DNA from: a virus
Taxonomy: Duplodnaviria; Caudoviricetes
Length of the DNA stretch: 35,727 nt
Direction: 5' to 3' (one strand)
IMG/VR virus record: IMGVR_UViG_3300044993_000095
Coordinates: 1 to 35,727 of that record
A model generated the notes under the pieces. The model did no database searches, had not been told where the DNA came from, and saw only the letters and a list, made by a program, of their open reading frames with translations. The position numbers and the translations under genes were made by a program. Positions 1 to 5,990 of this stretch are shown here, piece after piece; within the stretch, counting starts at the first letter, position 1; each line of letters opens with the position of its first letter.

Positions 1-202
1 GGCTGGGGGATATACACGAGTGGGTGTGTGGATGCAATGCCTGTGGGTGGTTGATGGCGCGTTGGATGGTTGCTTGGTTGACGCCGAAGCGTTGAGCGAG
101 TTGGCGTTGTGTTGGGCGTCTGCCGCAGGATGGGCAAGGGGTGAGGTAGGCAAGGCGGATGGCTTGGATGCGAGCGTAGTAGTCTGGCTTAGGGTATCGC
201 AT
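1..202 (-). CDS. Helix-turn-helix DNA-binding protein, runs off the left edge (absent from the ORF track)
   Basis: Manual translation from ATG at 202: MRYPKPDYYARIQAIRLAYLTPCPSCGRRPTQRQLAQRFGVNQATIQRAINHPQ... TQRQLAQRFGVNQATIQRAI is a classic HTH pattern, preceded by CPSC. No stop codon before the window edge. Confidence 0.65.
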   Translation of the reverse strand, partial: MRYPKPDYYARIQAIRLAYLTPCPSCGRRPTQRQLAQRFGVNQATIQRAINHPQALHPHTHSCISPS

Positions 203-221
203 GGTTTTGGTGGCTGGGAGT

Positions 222-614
222 GCCTTACACCGTGGTATGGAAGTGTAAGGCGGGTGTAAGGGGTTCAAACACCGGTATTTATAGGGTTCTTACACTTCTT
301 ACATTTATTACTCTATATATAGAGTATATAATTTATATAGGGGGTATATAGGGTGTATAGTAGGAAAATAAATAATATAAGGCGAAGGCCGTAAGTCCGT
401 GTAAGGCGTAAGGAAGCGTAAGGCGCGGTTGGTGTGTCTGTTGGGCGCGTTGGGTTTTTTTCTGAGTTGGATGCCAGTTGTGCCATGAGCGGGATTGGCT
501 GTATTTGATGCGTTCTTACACTCATTACGTTTCTTACACTGTGGTGTTAGTGTCGTGGCGCGAACGGATGGAGGGTGTTTTGCGCGGGAGTCGAGGTGGG
601 GGGCAGGTGTAAGG
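222..614. promoter_or_regulatory. AT-rich tract with clustered GTGTAAGG/CTTACAC motifs and an 18-bp palindrome; origin-like region
   Basis: Inverted pair GCCTTACAC (222-230) / GTGTAAGGC (243-251). Further (GT)GTAAG or CTTAC(AC) motifs at about 254, 289, 298, 391, 399, 407, 417, 515, 533 and 607. Perfect palindrome TACTCTATATATAGAGTA at 309-326 lies inside an AT-rich stretch (about 276-380) of an otherwise GC-rich sequence. The origin function is an inference. Confidence 0.5.
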
Positions 615-660
615 AATTTTTTGTGCTGGGTGGGTCGTTGGCGGGTGTTGCGGGACGTCG

Positions 661-987
661 ATGACCGCCTGGTGGTCGCGTTTTTGCCTAGATGACCGCC
701 TGGTGGTCGCGTTTTTGGTGGTGCTGGGTGCGAGATCGCGTCGTTGAGGCGTGAAATGACCGCCTGGTGGTCGCGTGTAGGGCCGAGATGACCGCCTGGT
801 GGTCGCGTTTTGGCCGAAATGACCGCTTAGTGGTCGCGTTTATGACCGCCTGGCGGTCGCGCTTATGGTTGTGATGGGTTCGAGGTCAGTTTTTGGGCCG
901 CCAATGACCGCCTGGTGGTCGCGTGCATGGTCGAGATGACCGCCTGGTGGTCGCGTGTAGGGCCGAAATGACCGCCTGGCGGTCGCG
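661..987. repeat. Nine copies of a 20-bp quasi-palindromic repeat ATGACCGCCTGG(T/C)GGTCGCG
   Basis: Copies start at 661, 692, 756, 788, 819 (variant ATGACCGCTTAGTGGTCGCG), 842, 904, 936 and 968. The core GACCGCC-T-GG(T/C)GGTC is a dyad. Start-to-start spacings are 31, 64, 32, 31, 23, 62, 32 and 32 bp. Confidence 0.95.
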
Positions 988-1123
988 TGGCGGGCGCATG
1001 ATGGGGGTGTGTTATCCGCATAGCGGTCGCTGATGACGATGGCGTCACGTCATGCTTGACGCGTCATTAGCGACGTGGAACAGTGTCATCACTGGCTCGG
1101 GGTGAGCCACAGAGGAGAGGGAC

Positions 1124-1381
1124 ATGACACCACAGACCGCTGTACAGCAGGTCGTCGCGGCGGATCTTGCCGCGCTCGGCACCATGATCGTGGAACTTGC
1201 GCGCGGGTACGAACGCGACGCCATTGCCGGCCACGCCAGCTGGGACATGGTCGGATTGCTACAGGCGATGCGCGAGCGCGCGGTTCAGGTCGTCGCGGCG
1301 GATCGACTGACACCGGGCTGCGACGAACTTGAGGTCGAGGCACAAGTGCTTGCCGAAGCCCAGCGCATGGTGCGGCCATGA
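1124..1381 (+). CDS. Hypothetical phage protein (85 aa)
   Basis: GGAGAGG RBS upstream. First of a series of coupled ORFs (ATGA overlap with the next gene). Confidence 0.7.
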   Translation: MTPQTAVQQVVAADLAALGTMIVELARGYERDAIAGHASWDMVGLLQAMRERAVQVVAADRLTPGCDELEVEAQVLAEAQRMVRP

Positions 1382-1587
1382 GCCTTCTTGATCCCGATCC
1401 GCAGCTTGCGCGCATTTTGGAGACCTACGACGCGGTCGAATATGGGTACATGGTGGTGCTGCGCAAGGCGGGGCAGCTATCGATTGCGGTGCGGGTGGAC
1501 GGCGACGATGACGCCATGGCGCTGGTGGATCGCATGGTTGCGGACGGCTGGAGCCGGGAGGAGTGTTATGAGATCGGGACGATGTGA
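1378..1587 (+). CDS. Hypothetical phage protein (69 aa)
   Basis: ATGA overlap with the upstream stop codon; normal protein composition. Confidence 0.65.
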   Translation: MSLLDPDPQLARILETYDAVEYGYMVVLRKAGQLSIAVRVDGDDDAMALVDRMVADGWSREECYEIGTM

Positions 1588-1596
1588 GGTGCCGCC

Positions 1597-1854
1597 ATGA
1601 GCACACTTGACGAGGACACGGCGAAGATGCTCGAGGTTGTGGATCGTTATCCGGATACGAGCGCCGCCAGCGCCGCCAGCGCGGACGAACAGGATCAGCA
1701 GCCTGATACAGGCGCCGCCGACGCGGACACGGCAACAATGCGCGAGCTGCTGAATCGTTACGACGAGCTGCGCTGGGCGGTGTCGGAACTGCGCGACTGC
1801 GTCGAGCGGCTGCGCAAAGATGTCGATAAGCTGCGCTGGCTGGTGTTGCCATGA
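1597..1854 (+). CDS. Hypothetical phage protein with C-terminal coiled coil (85 aa)
   Basis: GAGGTG RBS; C-terminal heptad-like segment LRWAVSELRDCVERLRKDVDKL. Confidence 0.65.
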   Translation: MSTLDEDTAKMLEVVDRYPDTSAASAASADEQDQQPDTGAADADTATMRELLNRYDELRWAVSELRDCVERLRKDVDKLRWLVLP

Positions 1855-1879
1855 GTGATCGCGTTGGGAGGCTCATGCG

Positions 1880-2320
1880 ATGACAAGCACTGTCACTGAG
1901 TCGGGTGGGCTGAATATCAATCGCAGTGCTGTTGAGCTGGGCGCGCTGGCGCTGCGCTGGGCGGAGGCGAACCAGGCGCTGCACGACTACCACATGCCGG
2001 CGGCGGCGCACGCGGAGCTGTGCATCATCGAGGCGATCAAGCAGGCGGAGTATGCCGGGCTGACGCTGTTGCAGGACGACCTGAGAGCGGCGCTGACGCA
2101 CGTGGATGGGTGCTGGAGGGCGCACTGTGCGAAGGAAGATGCGCTGGCGGCTGAGGAGAAGCGAGCGCGCGAAGACTTGATCGCTGCTGGAGTGAACCCG
2201 CTGAGTCAGGGGGATGTGGATCGGCTGTACGGGCTGCTGGATCGATCCGGGCTGACCGTCGAGCAGCGGACGCTGGTCGAGGTGGAGATGGAGCGGGAGC
2301 TGGGAGCGGATTACACGTGA
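1880..2320 (+). CDS. Hypothetical alpha-helical protein (146 aa) immediately upstream of the repeat array
   Basis: GGGAGG upstream. The TGA stop at 2318-2320 lies 5 nt before the first array repeat. Confidence 0.7.
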   Translation: MTSTVTESGGLNINRSAVELGALALRWAEANQALHDYHMPAAAHAELCIIEAIKQAEYAGLTLLQDDLRAALTHVDGCWRAHCAKEDALAAEEKRAREDLIAAGVNPLSQGDVDRLYGLLDRSGLTVEQRTLVEVEMERELGADYT

Positions 2321-2325
2321 TGGGG

Positions 2326-4009
2326 GATTGAGACACCGCGCATGAGAGAACCAGAGTTGATGATCGAGACAAGTCGGCAGAGAGAACCATGTCGTCGGAT
2401 CGAGACAATGCACGCGAGAGAACCACGATAGGGGATCGAGACATTTGATCGGAGAGAACCAGTTGAGGCGATCGAGACATCTGCGGCGAGAGAACCATGA
2501 TCGCCGATCGAGCCATGCCTTGAGAGAGCACCCCGCGCATTGATCGAGACACGCCAGCCGAGAGAACCAAAGATGAAGATCGAGACATGCGAGCGGAGAG
2601 AACCAATGGCCCGGATCGAGACACGAAATGCGAGAGAACCAGATCTGGTGATCGAGACATTCAGCGGGAGAGAACCACTGGCGAGGATCGAGACAAAACG
2701 CCTGAGAGAACCAAGGGCGCGGATCGAGACATACGTCGGGAGAGAACCACGACGCGAGATCGAGACAAGTTCACAGAGAGAACCAATGAAGCCGATCGAG
2801 ACAGCGACGGCGAGAGAACCAAGCACGCGTATCGAGACATTTAGTGGGAGAGAACCATGATGATCGATCGAGCCATGTGCGACGAGAGAATCATGATATG
2901 CGATCGAGACAGGGATATGGAGAGAACCAAACTCGAAGATCGAGACAGGACCTGAGAGAGAACCACATGCGCGGATCGAGACACCTGACGCGAGAGAACC
3001 ATGCATGCGGATCGAGACATCCATTGGGAGAGAACCATGCAATGCGATCGAGACAGCCAGGTTGAGAGAACCAAACTCGAAGATCGAGACACCGAAGGCG
3101 AGAGAACCAAGACTCGTGATCGAGACAGGGCGCTGGAGAGAACCATCCGCGCGGATCGAGACACATTAAAGGAGAGAACCAAGCCGAGAGATCGAGACAA
3201 GATATCGGAGAGAACCAATATTGATGATCGAGACAGGAGTATCGAGGGCACCAAGCACGCGGGTTGAGACATCGCCGACGAGAGAACCAAGGTACGAGAT
3301 CGAGACACGGTTACGGAGAGAACCACGACGCGAGATCGAGACATCAGGCCAGAGAGAACCATGTTCGAAGATCGAGACAAGCATCGGGAGTGAACCATTT
3401 GCTGGGATCGAGACAGTTGCGCAGAGAGAACCAGGGTGTTGGATCGAGACACGCGATGTGAGAGAACCAGAGTAACGGATCGAGACATAGTGCGCGAGAG
3501 AACCATGCTGGAAGATCGAGACACGCGGTTCGAGAGAACCAAAGCTGGCGATCGAGACAGTCTCGCGGAGAGAACCATACTCGCGGATCGAGACAGGAGG
3601 CGGGAGTGAACCAAAAATAGCGATCGAGACATATATGTGGAGAGAACCACGCCGAAAGATCGAGACAAGAGACGCGAGAGAACCATCACTGGTGATCGAG
3701 ACAGGAGTATCGAGGGCACCAAGCACGCGGATTGAGACATGCATGCGGAGAGAACCAAAGGTGAAGATCGAGACATGCCCGACGAGAGAACCACGACTGG
3801 CGATCAAGACACTGTAGGTGAGAGAACCAAGGTACGAGATCGAGACACGGTTACGGAGAGAACCACAGCTGCGGATCGAGACATCTACGCGGAGAGAACC
3901 AATTTCCAGGATCGAGACAGGGGGCGCGAGAGAACCAAAAAAATTGATCGAGACATCGGCCGGGAGAGAACCATCGAAATTGATCGACCCACGACCAGCG
4001 ACAGCAACA
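2326..4009 (+). repeat. TIGR-like dual-repeat guide-RNA array: 46 complete 36-nt units plus a degenerate 47th
   Basis: Unit = GATCGAGACA + 8 variable nt + GAGAGAACCA + 8 variable nt. Units start at 2326 + 36n with no indel through 3982. By manual reading, 39/46 first repeats and 40/46 second repeats match consensus exactly. A degenerate unit GATCGACCCA-N8-GACAGCAACA sits at 3982-4009. The array lies directly upstream of a Nop-domain gene. Confidence 0.93.
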
Positions 4010-4044
4010 TCTGACACAACCGACGGATCAACCAAGGAGAAATC

Positions 4045-4857
4045 ATGGATACACTCGAACCGATTGCACGACTGACGAAGGACCTTGCGAACGCGGCGCG
4101 CACGTTGAGCGCAGGCGAGGCGCGCTTCCTGGTGGACGCGTACTACGCGATGCAGGAGAACCGCATCCGCACGCACGCGCAGGTGAGGGCGTTGACGGAG
4201 TCCAATGAGCCGCACGACGTGCTCGCGTGGCTGGCGGCGCAGGACGAAGCGCTCGAAGGGCAGATCAAGCGCGCGCTCGGCAAGTACGCCGAGTCGAAGC
4301 CGGTCGGTGAGTGGGCGATGAGCGTCAAGGGCATCGGCCCGGTCATCACCGCCGGTCTGCTGGCGCACATCGACATTACGAAGGCCCCGACGGTCGGGCA
4401 CATCTGGCGCTTTGCGGGTCTCGACCCGACGGTGACGTGGGACAAGGGCCAGAAGCGGCCCTGGAACGCATCGCTCAAGACGCTCTGCTGGAAGATCGGC
4501 GAGTCGTTCGTGAAGGTGTGCAACGCCGAGGATGCGTTTTACGGGCACGTCTACGCGCAGCGCAAGGAGCTGGAGACGCGCCGCAACGAGGCGGGCGAGT
4601 ACGCGGAGCAGGCCAAGGCGATGCTGGCGAAGAAGAAGTTCCGCAACGAGACGGACGCGAAGAAGCACTACGAGGCGGGCCGCCTGCCGCCAGCGCACAT
4701 TCATGCGCGTGCCAAGCGGTATGCGGTGAAGCTGTTCCTGGCGCACTACCACGAGGTGGCGTACAAGGACCACTACAAGACGGAGCCGCCGCTGCCGTAT
4801 GCGATTGCGCATCTTGGGCATGCGCACAAGATCGCCGTGCCGTCGAGGCTGACATGA
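4045..4857 (+). CDS. tasA: TIGR-associated Tas protein, TasA type (IS110/Nop-like RNA-binding domain, no nuclease domain)
   Basis: AAGGAG RBS just upstream. N-terminal coiled-coil, then the IS110 Transposase_20/Nop-like motif WAMSVKGIGPVITAGLLAHI...IWRFAGLDP, and C-terminal HIHARAKRYAVKLFLAHY. No N-terminal DEDD RuvC domain, no HNH, and no IS110 catalytic 'SG' after GLxP. Adjacent to the 36-nt dual-repeat array. Confidence 0.85.
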   Translation: MDTLEPIARLTKDLANAARTLSAGEARFLVDAYYAMQENRIRTHAQVRALTESNEPHDVLAWLAAQDEALEGQIKRALGKYAESKPVGEWAMSVKGIGPVITAGLLAHIDITKAPTVGHIWRFAGLDPTVTWDKGQKRPWNASLKTLCWKIGESFVKVCNAEDAFYGHVYAQRKELETRRNEAGEYAEQAKAMLAKKKFRNETDAKKHYEAGRLPPAHIHARAKRYAVKLFLAHYHEVAYKDHYKTEPPLPYAIAHLGHAHKIAVPSRLT

Positions 4858-5093
4858 TCACCAACGAGCACACCGCGCCGTGGCTGGCCGCCATGCGGGA
4901 GATCGAGGCCGAGCCGCCGTACCGCGATGCAGACCCGCTGTTTGAGCGCGCCGAGCGGCTGGTGCAGATTCGAAACGAGCTGGCGCATCTGCGCGTGCGT
5001 GCCAGCCAGTTGCGCGCCGACCTGTACGCGACCGAGGCGCGCATCGGCGAGCTGCGGGGCGAGTTCGCGGCGCTGGCGGGAGAGCTGCCGTGA
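4854..5093 (+). CDS. Hypothetical coiled-coil protein (79 aa), translationally coupled to tasA
   Basis: ATG at 4854 overlaps the tasA TGA (ATGA): MITNEHTAPWLAAMREIEAEPP...ELP. This is the C-terminal part of track ORF 4311..5093. Confidence 0.65.
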   Translation: MITNEHTAPWLAAMREIEAEPPYRDADPLFERAERLVQIRNELAHLRVRASQLRADLYATEARIGELRGEFAALAGELP

Positions 5094-5605
5094 TCTGCAC
5101 CACGCTGAACAAGATCCGCGAGCACGGCCCGTGCGCCAAGGGGTGGCAGAAGCTGCTGAAGCATCTCGGCAAGACGGAGGCGGATGACGAGCCGTTGCCG
5201 CTGCTGACCGTGCTCGATGTCTGCGGGCTGGACGATGCGTTGTGGTGCATGCGAACCGTGCCTGAGCACGATGTGCTGTGGCGTCACTATGCGGTTGACT
5301 GTGCGGAGCGGTTTGCGCACCTGCTCATGGACAAGCGCATCAGCAGGGCGTTGCGCGTGACACGACGGCACGCGCTGGGGCAGGCGACCGACAAGGAATT
5401 GGCCGCCGCATGGGACGCCGCAGGGGCCGCATGGGCCGCAAGGGCTTCAGGGGCCGCATGGGCCGCAGGGGCTTCAGGGGCCGCTGTGGACTCCGCATGG
5501 GACGCCGCAGGGGACGCCGCAAAGGCCGCCGAAGAGGCATGGCAAACTGCCCGCCTGCGCAAGCTCTTGACTGACGGCGCATGGTCGCCGGTGGAGGCAG
5601 CATGA
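5090..5605 (+). CDS. Conserved-type phage hypothetical protein with Ala/Trp-rich repeats
   Basis: TTLNKIREHGPCAKGWQKLL...DDALW N-terminus and AAWDAA/AAWAA repeats resemble a common small phage protein family. GTGA overlap with the upstream gene. Confidence 0.75.
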   Translation: MICTTLNKIREHGPCAKGWQKLLKHLGKTEADDEPLPLLTVLDVCGLDDALWCMRTVPEHDVLWRHYAVDCAERFAHLLMDKRISRALRVTRRHALGQATDKELAAAWDAAGAAWAARASGAAWAAGASGAAVDSAWDAAGDAAKAAEEAWQTARLRKLLTDGAWSPVEAA

Positions 5606-5802
5606 CCGACTACGCATGGCTGTTCGCACTGTCGATTGTCGTCGGCACGGCGATGCTGACGGCCTCATGGATGACGTGGTGGCTGGCGCGGCGCTACGTG
5701 CGCCGCATCCGCCATCGCCTGTTCGCGCACATCCCGCCGTCGCGGTGGCCGCAGGTGGACTACCGCGTGGGCAAGAGCGTCAGACCGAGGGATTACGAAT
5801 GA
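5602..5802 (+). CDS. Small membrane protein (66 aa)
   Basis: GGAGG RBS and ATGA overlap. Hydrophobic segment AWLFALSIVVGTAMLTASWMTWWL followed by Arg-rich residues. Confidence 0.6.
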   Translation: MTDYAWLFALSIVVGTAMLTASWMTWWLARRYVRRIRHRLFAHIPPSRWPQVDYRVGKSVRPRDYE

Positions 5803-5990
5803 GAAACAGGGGAAAGCTGACCGACGACCAGGTGCGCGCAATCCGTGCGGTCGGAGAAGCGCGCAGCCGTACGCCAAGCGATGACGAGCTGGCGAAAACC
5901 TACGGCATTAGCAAGCGTACCGTGCGCGGCATCATGGCGCGGGAGCTGTACAAGTCGGTGCCGGATCACCCGCCCGAGTCCACGTCATAA
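5799..5990 (+). CDS. HTH DNA-binding protein (63 aa)
   Basis: ATG at 5799 (ATGA overlap): MRNRGKLTDDQVRAIR...SDDELAKTYGISKRTVRGIM, an HTH pattern. Confidence 0.7.
   Translation: MRNRGKLTDDQVRAIRAVGEARSRTPSDDELAKTYGISKRTVRGIMARELYKSVPDHPPESTS

Noticed and set aside
20-695. Track ORFs 20..259 (+), 313..525 (-) and 495..695 (+)
   Set aside because: They have no RBS or motif support. 20..259 is antisense to the better HTH ORF, and the others overlap the motif-rich non-coding region.
661-987. Mini-CRISPR or second guide array
   Set aside because: Linkers are irregular (3-44 nt) and partly repeated rather than unique; protein-binding boxes explain them better.
1148-1304. 19-nt direct repeat CAGGTCGTCGCGGCGGATC (1148-1166, 1286-1304) as a possible att site or target-site duplication
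   Set aside because: Both copies are in frame within one small ORF (QVVAAD twice), and nothing mobile lies between them.
2326-4009. CRISPR array interpretation
   Set aside because: Two alternating 10-nt repeats with 8-nt spacers do not fit CRISPR dimensions, and no cas genes are present in the window.
2037-4103. Many repetitive ORFs over the array (IET...REP, VLS...SRS, GSL...VSI frames; e.g. 2311..3042, 2841..3794 and the tail of 3166..4827)
   Set aside because: These are by-products of a 36-nt period (a multiple of 3) with stop-poor repeats. They occur in most frames on both strands and are broken by stops falling in spacers, and conservation is at the nucleotide level.
4486-4498. 13-nt identity TGCTGGAAGATCG between tasA and array unit 33/34 (3506-3518), suggesting self-targeting
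   Set aside because: The match includes repeat sequence and only one spacer, and the partner spacer does not match alongside it. A hit of this length is plausible by chance. A systematic self-target search could not be done by eye.
4045-4857. IS110/IS1111 transposase (insertion sequence)
   Set aside because: It lacks the N-terminal DEDD RuvC domain and catalytic serine motif, no IS ends are evident, and it is translationally coupled into a phage operon next to a guide-like array.
5400-5525. GCCGCATGGG-type tandem repeats
   Set aside because: They encode the Ala/Trp low-complexity repeats of ORF 5090..5605 and are not a separate element.
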